A stretch of 59,576 bases of DNA from Rhodoferax sp. (GTDB lineage: Bacteria > Pseudomonadota > Gammaproteobacteria > Burkholderiales > Burkholderiaceae_C): NCBI GenBank assembly GCA_031418135.1, contig JANOWY010000029.1, positions 1 through 59,576 on the forward strand, in the 5' to 3' direction. The notes beneath the pieces were generated by a model. That model was given only the letters and a program-made list of their open reading frames with translations, did not search any database and was not told where the DNA came from. Both the position numbers and the translations under genes were made by a program. Positions 31,900 through 39,643 of this stretch are shown here, piece after piece. Positions within the stretch are counted from its first letter, which is position 1; each line of letters starts with the position of its first letter.

Positions 31900-32056
31900 A
31901 CAAAGGGCAGCGGCGCAGCGTCAGCGCCCGCGTAGGGGCGAAAGTTTAGCCGCCGCGCCGCCCCAAGACCTCTGAACCGCTTGGCGGTCAGCCCCGCTAG
32001 GGAGAATGCTCCCCCTTGGGGCGCAGCGACCCGTGAAACGGTGGAGCGTGGGGGCC
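31900..32056 (-). repeat. REP-like intergenic repeat, inverted copy of the element at 54856
   Basis: The reverse complement of 31981-32056 (GGCCCCCACGCTCCACCGTTTCACGGGTCGCTGCGCCCCAAGGGGGAGCATT...) aligns base-for-base, with few mismatches, to 54856-54910. A second shared block (CTTGGGGCGGCGCGGCGGCTAAAC) follows a ~30-nt insertion. Confidence 0.75.
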
Positions 32057-32058
32057 AG

Positions 32059-32652
32059 CTACTTACTCGCAGCTTTGGCCGGTGCACCAGGTGTGATGCC
32101 CAAGCGCTTGGCAACGCTTTGCTCCAGGGCCTGCACCTTGGGTGCCACCAAGGCGCGCGTCTCAGCCACCAGTTTTTCGCTCAGGGTTTTTTGCATGTCG
32201 CCATTGAGCTGGGCAAACTTCTTGTTGACCGGCGACTCCATGATCTTGATCAGATCACGCAGTTCATCTTCGCTGAATTTTTCTTCGAGCAATACGCCGA
32301 TGGATGCCGGTGCCAGCTTGACAGCGCGTTCCCGCACCAAGGGCACCACATCGTCAGCATATTTTTTCAGGTCGCCCTGAATTTCCTTGGCGATCGCTTC
32401 ACGCTTGTCTTTTTCAACGCGGGTCTGCAAGGCGATACCGGCCTGTTGCATCATTTGCTGCGCAGGTTGCTGCGCCAGCACGGTAGCCAGGCCTTCAATG
32501 GCCGGGCGTTGCAGCTGCAGAATCTTCACCACCAGCTCATTTTTTGCGGCTGAATTCTGCGCCTGTGCAGGCAGCGCCAGCACCAGGGCCAAACCCAGAG
32601 TGGTCATTGAAGCCAATGCAGACAGGGAGACAACGGATGTCGGTCGGATCAT
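32059..32652 (-). CDS. DUF2059 domain-containing periplasmic protein
   Basis: 197 aa with a signal peptide ending AQAQ. All-helical and K/E-rich, consistent with DUF2059 (family call from memory). Confidence 0.6.
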   Translation of the reverse strand: MIRPTSVVSLSALASMTTLGLALVLALPAQAQNSAAKNELVVKILQLQRPAIEGLATVLAQQPAQQMMQQAGIALQTRVEKDKREAIAKEIQGDLKKYADDVVPLVRERAVKLAPASIGVLLEEKFSEDELRDLIKIMESPVNKKFAQLNGDMQKTLSEKLVAETRALVAPKVQALEQSVAKRLGITPGAPAKAASK

Positions 32653-32838
32653 GAAAACTCCAGGAGGAAGTAAGTGTTACAACGCCGCTGGTCGGCAACG
32701 TGTTGACATTATCGCCTTGCCTGCTGGCACTCCAAATTGATGGACAATCCTGCGATGCGCTCCTTCAGCCCTGTTTTTGAACTTCTGTTGCGCCCAAAAC
32801 CCTCCCCCCGTGCGGAAAGGGTACGCAGGTTGAATGGC

Positions 32839-33825
32839 ATGCTGATGGTTGCGGTTTTTGGGCTACTGGCGGGCTGCGCCTCCACCTTTGACTTGCAAGG
32901 CCACAGGGGTGCCCGTGGCCTGGCTCCTGAAAACACATTGGCCGCGTTTGACGCCGCCTTGGCCGTGGGCGTGACCACACTGGAATTGGACATCGCCATC
33001 AGCGCCGACAAAGTCGCCGTGATTTCACACGAGCAGGCCCTGTACGAGCCACTCACACGGGATGCCCAGGGCCAATGGCTGACGGTTCGTGGCCCCTTGA
33101 TCAAAAACCTGCGCGTGGCCCAATTGCAGACTTATGATGTCGGGCGCCTGAACCCGCAAGCGCCGTATGCGAAATCCTTTGTGGGGCAACAGGCCAGCGA
33201 TGGAGAACGCATTCCGACATTGGCCGCCCTTTTTAACCGGGTCAAGGCGCTGGGTGCCTCCCCGTTGCGCTTCAACATCGAAACCAAAATCTTCCCGGAC
33301 CGGCCTGATGACACGGTGGGGCCCGACGAATTTGTCGATGTCCTGCTGGCCACGATCCGCCAGGCTGGCATGACCCACCGGGTGAGTCTGCAAAGTTTTG
33401 ACTGGCGAACCCTGCAACGGGTGCAAAAGCTGGCCCCCGATATCCCCACCGTGTACCTCACCTTTGAAAACCCGCGTTTCAGTAATTTGGTCGATGGCAG
33501 CTGGAGCGCCGGTCTGCGCAAAGCGGATTTCAGCTCGGTGCCGCAGATGGTCAAAACGGCGGGGGGGCGCGTCTGGTCGCCCAACTTCAACAACCTCAGC
33601 CAGCAAGAACTCAAAACTGCCCAAGACTTGGGCTTGAAAGTGATTCCCTGGACGGTGAACAACCCAGACGACATGGACCGCCTGCTGCAATGGGGTGTTG
33701 ATGGCCTCATCACAGACTTCCCTAATCGCCTGCGTGAACGCATGCAGAACCGCGGTATGGCCCTGCCACGGGCCTACGCGGCTGAAGTGCTTGCATTGCC
33801 CCGCGTACCCTCGTCAAGGCCATGA
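32839..33825 (+). CDS. Glycerophosphodiester phosphodiesterase family lipoprotein
   Basis: The track ORF starts at 32737. Preferred ATG is 32839, giving lipobox MLMVAVFGLLAGC. GDPD motif QGHRGARGLAPENTLAAF...LELDI. Confidence 0.85.
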   Translation: MLMVAVFGLLAGCASTFDLQGHRGARGLAPENTLAAFDAALAVGVTTLELDIAISADKVAVISHEQALYEPLTRDAQGQWLTVRGPLIKNLRVAQLQTYDVGRLNPQAPYAKSFVGQQASDGERIPTLAALFNRVKALGASPLRFNIETKIFPDRPDDTVGPDEFVDVLLATIRQAGMTHRVSLQSFDWRTLQRVQKLAPDIPTVYLTFENPRFSNLVDGSWSAGLRKADFSSVPQMVKTAGGRVWSPNFNNLSQQELKTAQDLGLKVIPWTVNNPDDMDRLLQWGVDGLITDFPNRLRERMQNRGMALPRAYAAEVLALPRVPSSRP

Positions 33826-34454
33826 GTCTCGAGGTGCAAGTGCGCCGCCTGGGCACGCCCACGCAGGTGCTGATTGAAAACCTGTCGCTGAACGTTGCAC
33901 CCGGGGTGATTCACACCGTGATGGGTGCCAGCGGCTGCGGCAAATCAAGCCTGCTGGCAGCGGTTTGCGGAACATTGGCCGAAGGCCTGCAATTTGATGG
34001 CGACATCAGCCTCAATGGACAAGACCTGAACCACTGGCCAACCGAGAAGCGGCAAATTGGCATCCTGTTCCAGGAAGACCTGCTGTTTGCCCACATGACG
34101 GTCTTTGAAAACCTGTTGTTTGCGGTGCACCCGGGGCCACGCCAACAACGCGAAGCGCAGGTGAACCAGGGCTTGGCTGATCTCGAAATGACCCCCTTCG
34201 CCCACGCCGACCCGGCCACCCTGTCGGGCGGGCAGCGGGGCCGGGTCGCCCTGATGCGGGCCCTGCTGGCCCAACCCAAGGCGCTGTTGCTGGATGAGCC
34301 CTTCGCCAAGCTCGACGCTGACTTGCGCGTGCGCATGCGCAGTTTTGTGTTTGGCTTGGTGGCGCAGCGCCAATTGCCGGTACTGCTGGTCACCCATGAT
34401 GCCAGCGACATTGCCGACCTGGCGCACGTCACGCGTTTGCAGTCGCATGTTTGA
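33822..34454 (+). CDS. ABC transporter ATP-binding protein, YnjD-like (short, no C-terminal regulatory domain)
   Basis: 210 aa. Walker A GASGCGKSS, signature LSGGQRGRV, Walker B LLLDEPF. ATGA overlap with the GDPD gene. Confidence 0.85.
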   Translation: MSLEVQVRRLGTPTQVLIENLSLNVAPGVIHTVMGASGCGKSSLLAAVCGTLAEGLQFDGDISLNGQDLNHWPTEKRQIGILFQEDLLFAHMTVFENLLFAVHPGPRQQREAQVNQGLADLEMTPFAHADPATLSGGQRGRVALMRALLAQPKALLLDEPFAKLDADLRVRMRSFVFGLVAQRQLPVLLVTHDASDIADLAHVTRLQSHV

Positions 34455-35118
34455 CGCCCGCGCCACCGCCCTGCTCAGGCCCGCCATCGAGGCCGTTGCC
34501 CGCCGGCTTCACAACATTGGCTTGCATGCCGACCAGCTGACACTGGCTGGTTTTTGTGTGGGCATATTTGCCGCCTATTTGATAACCCTCAGCGCCTATT
34601 CAATGGCAATTTTGGCGATTATTTTCTCAAGACTTTTGGACGCTCTGGATGGTGCTGTGGCACGGCAATCCAGCCCAACCGATGCTGGCGGTTTTCTCGA
34701 CATCAGTCTGGATTTTTTGTTTTATGCCAGCATTCCCCTGGCCTTTGCCTGGGTCAACCCGCCACAAAACGCCCTGCCAGCATCGGTTTTGTTGGCCGCT
34801 TTTATGGGCACCGCCTCGAGCTTTTTGGCGTTTGCAACGTTGGCCGCCAAACGGGGACTGCACAGCCATGTCTACCCGCATAAATCGCTCTATTTTTTAG
34901 GTGGTTTAACCGAGGCAACTGAAACGCTGATCTGTTTTACGGCCATGTGCCTGGCGCCGGCTTACTTCCCCGAATTGGCCTACGGGTTTGCAGTGTTGTG
35001 TGCCATCACCATCACCACCCGCATTGCCAGTGGCTACCACTTGCTTAAAACCCCGCCAAGCGCCTGCGAAGCGATCTACAACTTGGCGAGCACACCTGGC
35101 AAAGAACACAGGCCATGA
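34447..35118 (+). CDS. CDP-alcohol phosphatidyltransferase family protein, YnjF-like
   Basis: The track ORF starts at 34294 inside the ATPase gene. ATG at 34447 gives MFDARATALL. Motif DALDGAVAR...TDAGGFLDISLDFLFYA (DG-x2-AR...G-x3-D-x3-D). 8-nt overlap with the upstream gene. Confidence 0.8.
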   Translation: MFDARATALLRPAIEAVARRLHNIGLHADQLTLAGFCVGIFAAYLITLSAYSMAILAIIFSRLLDALDGAVARQSSPTDAGGFLDISLDFLFYASIPLAFAWVNPPQNALPASVLLAAFMGTASSFLAFATLAAKRGLHSHVYPHKSLYFLGGLTEATETLICFTAMCLAPAYFPELAYGFAVLCAITITTRIASGYHLLKTPPSACEAIYNLASTPGKEHRP

Positions 35119-36368
35119 TTCGCCATCTGGTTTTATGCGGTTTGGGCCCCGGCCACATGCGTTTGTTGGCAGAGCTGTCCAGACAACCTGCGCACCAACA
35201 TGCTGATATCGGTATCAGCCTGCTCACCCGTCAACACCGTTACATCAGTGATGCTGCGCTGCTTGGAATGATTGCCAGCCCACTGGCTGCAAGCGACCCA
35301 CTAGCCACTGAACATTTCGCCCGCCAAGCCAGCACCGAGGCAGAACGCGTGGAAACCATGGTGCAAAAAAGCGGCGTACGCTGGATCAGCAATTCGCCTC
35401 AGGCACTTGACCTGGCCAACAAAACCCTGCTGCTGGACGACGGTCGAACCCTGCGTTTTGACTGGTTGAGCGTGGAGCCAGAGCCCGTGCAAAACCGGGA
35501 CTTGATCGACCAGTCTGTCCACGGTGCCCGTGCCAATGGCCTGTTTGTGCGGCCGCGTGAAGCCTTTTTCAAACTCTGGCCCCAGGTTCAGGCTTTGGCC
35601 GCCACCCGGTCCCTGCGGTTCGCTGTCGTATTGAACCCGCGACCTGATTCATTTGTCGGCGAGACCCTTGTATCCCCCTTTGTAGCGGCAACCGCTGTAA
35701 CCACCCAGCCGTTGCCGCTGGAAGCATCCGCACCACCAGTTCCAACCCTTATGGCAAGCGCCTTGCCGCCCGCGCCCGCCGCCCGGGACGCTGATGACTG
35801 GGCGCTCGAAAAACATACGCTTGAAATAGCCTTTGCACTGCGCCACGCGTTCAAGGGCTGCGCTGTGACGCTCATCACGGGTGGCGCCGCGCTGGGCGAG
35901 GGGTTGCCACCTGCCTTGCAAGACTGCATTAGAGCGGTCCTTAAAAAGCGCCAAATCACCGTCCTGCGCGACGCGGCAACTGCCATTTCACCCGGTGAAG
36001 TAGCTCTACAAAGCGGAGCCCGTTTGGCCTGTGACGTGCCCTTGCTGATGCTCGGACCGATCACCCCGGATTGGCTCACAGGCTGCGGCCTGGCGCTTGG
36101 TGAGCATCGGCAGGTGCAAACCGACCGGGCCCAGCGCAGTGCCAGCCACCCTTTTGTATTTATCAACACGCAAACCACGACTGCCCACGCGAGGCGGCTG
36201 TTGCAGGGCTTGCGCCGTGTGATTGCGGGTCAGCTGCCGCCAACGACGACAGCATTGCCTGCTACCCAGGCATCGCTGGCCAAAAACGCTGTGTACCGCG
36301 TGAATTGCGCCGACGGCAACGGCATCGTAGCGTGGCGAAACTGGGCGATTGAAAGCCGCCAGTTTTAG
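35115..36368 (+). CDS. Hypothetical protein, degenerate two-Rossmann pyridine-nucleotide-disulfide-oxidoreductase-like fold
   Basis: 417 aa, ATGA-coupled to the YnjF-like gene. N-terminal HLVLCGLGPGHMRLL (imperfect GxGxxG/H), second VTLITGGAALGEG, Ala/Pro-rich central insert. The usual C-terminal GD motif is replaced (HPFVFINTQ). Confidence 0.45.
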   Translation: MIRHLVLCGLGPGHMRLLAELSRQPAHQHADIGISLLTRQHRYISDAALLGMIASPLAASDPLATEHFARQASTEAERVETMVQKSGVRWISNSPQALDLANKTLLLDDGRTLRFDWLSVEPEPVQNRDLIDQSVHGARANGLFVRPREAFFKLWPQVQALAATRSLRFAVVLNPRPDSFVGETLVSPFVAATAVTTQPLPLEASAPPVPTLMASALPPAPAARDADDWALEKHTLEIAFALRHAFKGCAVTLITGGAALGEGLPPALQDCIRAVLKKRQITVLRDAATAISPGEVALQSGARLACDVPLLMLGPITPDWLTGCGLALGEHRQVQTDRAQRSASHPFVFINTQTTTAHARRLLQGLRRVIAGQLPPTTTALPATQASLAKNAVYRVNCADGNGIVAWRNWAIESRQF

Positions 36369-36391
36369 GTAGGCATTGCGTAGATCCCTCT

Positions 36392-36605
36392 CAAAAGACC
36401 AAATTTTGGATTTGCAAAAAAAGCAATTTTATATATTTAATTATTTTAAAAATATGAAATTATAAATTATGGTAAAATGTTCAATTACTATGTTCATAGT
36501 AAGCTATTTTTATTATAATAAATGCATATATTTTTTAAATTATTTATAGTTATAAATATTTTTAATTTATTTAAATTTAAACAAAAATAAATTTTGTAAA
36601 ACCTT
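36392..36605. other. Extreme AT-rich island 2 (~11% GC over 36401-36600)
   Basis: Hand count gives 22 G+C in 200 nt. The track shows no ORF >=60 aa. It begins ~25 nt after the stop of the 417-aa ORF. Confidence 0.9.
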
Positions 36606-36717
36606 CAAACCTGGCATGGCGGGCGTTTTTTAGACGGGCTGCCCGGCTCAAAACACCGGGCACCACCTGCAGCATTCTGTTTACGCGCTGGAGGCCATTG
36701 ATTACCATTCGCACCCG

Positions 36718-36768
36718 AACTTGCCGTTACACCTTGCCAACCTTGCCAACCTCGCCCAACTTGCCCGC
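36718..36768 (+). repeat. Short tandem CTTGCC-containing repeat tract upstream of the DUF962 gene
   Basis: AACTTGCCGTTACACCTTGCCAACCTTGCCAACCTCGCCCAACTTGCCCGCC. (C)TTGCC occurs at 36721, 36734, 36743, (TCGCC at 36752) and 36761, mostly with 9-nt phasing. Confidence 0.7.
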
Positions 36769-36783
36769 CCCCAAGGAGACCCC

Positions 36784-37251
36784 ATGACACCCAACACCCC
36801 TGAAACCAGCACTGCAGCTGAGCCCCTGCGCCAGGTTGACCACCTGTTGGCTGTTTACGGCCAAAGCCACCTCAACCCGACCAACGAGCTGATCCATTCC
36901 TTTGCCATCCCGCTGATCGTCTTCAGCCTGATCGGCGTGCTGCATTGGGTTCACCCGTATTTGGCCCTGTTCACGATTGCTGCCAGCGTGGTTTATTACG
37001 CCAAGTTGTCCACGTTGTTCATGATCATCATGACGCTGTTTGCCGCCCTGTGCCTTTACGGGGTGGGTCTGCTGGGCGAAGCGCTGCTCCCCGTTTGCGT
37101 CGCCATTTTTGTGGTTTCGTGGATCTTCCAGTTCATTGGCCACAAGATTGAAGGCAAAAAACCCTCATTTTTTGAAGATTTGCAATACCTGCTGGTCGGG
37201 CCGCTATTTGTGCTCTCCCGGCTGATGCTGCGGATGGGGGTGCGCTGGTAA
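36784..37251 (+). CDS. Mpo1-like (DUF962) membrane protein
   Basis: The track ORF starts at 36721 (TTG). ATG at 36784 is preceded by AAGGAG. Motifs HLNPTNELIHSFAIPLIVFS and FQFIGHKIEGKKPSFFEDLQYLLVGPLFV. Confidence 0.8.
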   Translation: MTPNTPETSTAAEPLRQVDHLLAVYGQSHLNPTNELIHSFAIPLIVFSLIGVLHWVHPYLALFTIAASVVYYAKLSTLFMIIMTLFAALCLYGVGLLGEALLPVCVAIFVVSWIFQFIGHKIEGKKPSFFEDLQYLLVGPLFVLSRLMLRMGVRW

Positions 37252-37384
37252 CTCGTTCACGGCCTTGATCTATCGCAACGCCAATGGTAATTACCCCTAT
37301 AAATTTTCCAGTCTTTAGCACTCCATGTCAGAGAGTGCTAATATACAGCTAACCACTGACTAAGTGGTCACTAAGGAGTTGTTC

Positions 37385-38392
37385 ATGTCTGTTCAAGCTG
37401 TATTGTCTGCCCCCTCTTTCGGCGGCTCCGCCTTGGGCGGAAATGCCTTGGCGCTCGCTGCTCACCCCAACCCATGGTCCATGGTGCCCTCACTGGGCAA
37501 CCTGGATGCCTATATTTCTGCCGCCAACCGGCTGCCCATGCTCACCCTGGCCGAAGAGCAGGAATATGCGCGCAAACTGCGCGCTGAGGGTGATGTAGAT
37601 TCCGCCGGCAAATTGGTGCTGTCGCACCTGCGCCTGGTGGTCTCCATCTCGCGCCAATACCTGGGCTACGGCCTGCCCCACGGTGATTTGATTCAAGAGG
37701 GCAACATTGGCCTGATGAAAGCCGTCAAGCGGTTTGACCCGGACCAAGGCGTGCGCCTGGTGAGTTACGCCATGCACTGGATCAAGGCCGAGATTCATGA
37801 ATACATCCTGAAAAATTGGCGCATGGTCAAGGTGGCCACCACCAAAGCACAGCGCAAGCTGTTTTTCAACCTGCGTTCGATGAAGCAGCGCTACAAGGCC
37901 GATGAAGCCATGGCAGATATGGACGATGCCGGGCTCGACATGCGGCATGACACGCACCGTGACACGCTGAGCGAAGCGCAAATTGATGCCATGGCCAAAA
38001 CGCTGAATGTGAAGCGCGAGGAAGTCATCGAAATGGAAACCCGGCTCTCGGGCGGCGATGTGCTGCTGGACCCGAGCCCGAATGACGACGGCGACGAATC
38101 GTTTGGCCCCATTACTTACTTGGCCGACACCCACCACGAGCCTGCGGCGCTGCTCGAATCACATCAGCGCGACGTGTTGGCGAGTGATGGCATTGCCACC
38201 GCCTTGCAGGCGCTGGATGAGCGCAGCCGGCGCATTGTGGAAGAACGTTGGCTGAAGGTGAACGACGATTCATCGGGCGGCATGACACTGCATGAACTCG
38301 CCGCCGAATATGGCGTGAGCGCCGAACGCATCCGCCAAATCGAAGTGGCGGCGATGAAAAAGATGAAGAAAACGCTGGCTGAGTTCGCCTGA
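37385..38392 (+). CDS. rpoH: RNA polymerase sigma-32 factor RpoH
   Basis: ATG at 37385 is preceded by AAGGAG (37373-37378). RpoH box TKAQRKLFFNLRSMK, region 2 DLIQEGNIGLMKAVKRFDP, region 4 LHELAAEYGVSAERIRQIE. Confidence 0.93.
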   Translation: MSVQAVLSAPSFGGSALGGNALALAAHPNPWSMVPSLGNLDAYISAANRLPMLTLAEEQEYARKLRAEGDVDSAGKLVLSHLRLVVSISRQYLGYGLPHGDLIQEGNIGLMKAVKRFDPDQGVRLVSYAMHWIKAEIHEYILKNWRMVKVATTKAQRKLFFNLRSMKQRYKADEAMADMDDAGLDMRHDTHRDTLSEAQIDAMAKTLNVKREEVIEMETRLSGGDVLLDPSPNDDGDESFGPITYLADTHHEPAALLESHQRDVLASDGIATALQALDERSRRIVEERWLKVNDDSSGGMTLHELAAEYGVSAERIRQIEVAAMKKMKKTLAEFA

Positions 38393-38410
38393 GATCAGGC
38401 ACCTGCCCGA

Positions 38411-39640
38411 TCAATCACAACGAATGGTGCCAGCCGCCGCCAAAGCCGACAGTTCGCTGTCTTGAACACCCAGGGTCTGCAAAATGGCAGCTGTGTGCTG
38501 GCCCAACCGGGGTGCAGTGGGCAAGGCCGTGCCGCTGTCGTGGTCTGCCTTGTAACCGGAGCCAAAATCGGTCAGGGTGCCCTTGGCGTAGGGTGTCTTG
38601 CGCAGGGGCAGGGTCATCAAATGGCCATCGGCGGCTTCTTGCAACAATTGGCTGAGCTGACGCAATCGTGCGCAGGGCACATCTAACGCAGCCAGTTCGG
38701 CTTCCAATACAGTTGCGCTGCGCGAAGCGATAGCCTGTTCGAGCAGCGCATGCACCCGCCCTGCGTCCTGTGCCACCAAAAAACCACCCTGCCGCAAAGC
38801 GGCTTGGTCAATCAGGGCCGGGTCATCTGGTAGCTGGGCTAGACCAACGGTTTCGCACAGCCTGCGAAACTGCGCCAAGGTATTGGCAGCGGTGGCGATC
38901 CAGCCATCCGCACACTTAAAACTGGCGGCACCCGGGCTGCCCGAAAAGCCACGGTTGCCCACACGGGTCGCGTCGCGCCCGCTGACCCCGGCGCGGGCTG
39001 CATCGGGCCACATCAGTTGCAGGGCAGCCTGCGCCATTGAGACATCCAGATAAGCCCCCACGCCGTGACGCAACCGGCGGATCAACGCCGCCATGATGGC
39101 CTGGCCTGCCACCAGCCCCGTCGCAGTGTCCACCACCGGAAAACCCACCTTGATGGGATCTTGTTCTGGCGAACCCTGCATCATCGTCATACCGGTCGCC
39201 GCCTGTACCACATGATCGTAAGCGGCCCGTTGGCCCCAGCGCCCTTCTTGCCCAAAACCCGAGATGGAGGCATACACGATGTCCGTTTTGATGGCCCGCA
39301 CACTCGCGTAATCAAACCCCAACCGCGCCACCGCTCCTGGGCGAAGGTTTTCAATAAAAACGTCTGCCGTGGAGACCAATGCTGCCAGGAGTTCCCTGGC
39401 TCGGGGCTGGCTCAAATCCATCGCCAGCGATTGTTTGCCGCCATTGATCGCGGCGAAACCCGCCGGGATACCTTGATCCAGCAAGTCCCTCATGCCCCCA
39501 CGCAAAATGTCACCTTTTACCGGATGCTCAACCTTGATGACCTCGGCTCCTTCAAGTGCCAGGTAGTGCGATGCGGTGGGGCCGGCAATCACGTGCGACA
39601 AGTCAACCACCCGCATGCCGTGCAAGGCGTTCATTCCCAT
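38411..39640 (-). CDS. Family III CoA-transferase (CaiB/BaiF family)
   Basis: 409 aa. LHGMRVVDLSHVIAGPTASHYLALEGAEVIKVE. Confidence 0.88.
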   Translation of the reverse strand: MGMNALHGMRVVDLSHVIAGPTASHYLALEGAEVIKVEHPVKGDILRGGMRDLLDQGIPAGFAAINGGKQSLAMDLSQPRARELLAALVSTADVFIENLRPGAVARLGFDYASVRAIKTDIVYASISGFGQEGRWGQRAAYDHVVQAATGMTMMQGSPEQDPIKVGFPVVDTATGLVAGQAIMAALIRRLRHGVGAYLDVSMAQAALQLMWPDAARAGVSGRDATRVGNRGFSGSPGAASFKCADGWIATAANTLAQFRRLCETVGLAQLPDDPALIDQAALRQGGFLVAQDAGRVHALLEQAIASRSATVLEAELAALDVPCARLRQLSQLLQEAADGHLMTLPLRKTPYAKGTLTDFGSGYKADHDSGTALPTAPRLGQHTAAILQTLGVQDSELSALAAAGTIRCD

Positions 39641-39643
39641 GGG

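Noticed and set aside
31848-32553. ORFs 31848..32114 (-) and 31981..32553 (+) across the AKR/DUF2059 spacer.
   Set aside because: The first is the REP-like repeat translated. The second is antisense to the DUF2059 gene, with off-frame composition.
36522-36590. 22-codon ORF MHIFFKLFIVINIFNLFKFKQK inside AT island 2 that looks like a hydrophobic type-I-toxin-like peptide.
   Set aside because: F/I/K/N/L-rich peptides are the automatic product of translating ~10% GC DNA. There is no SD sequence, and many equivalent mini-ORFs exist in all frames.
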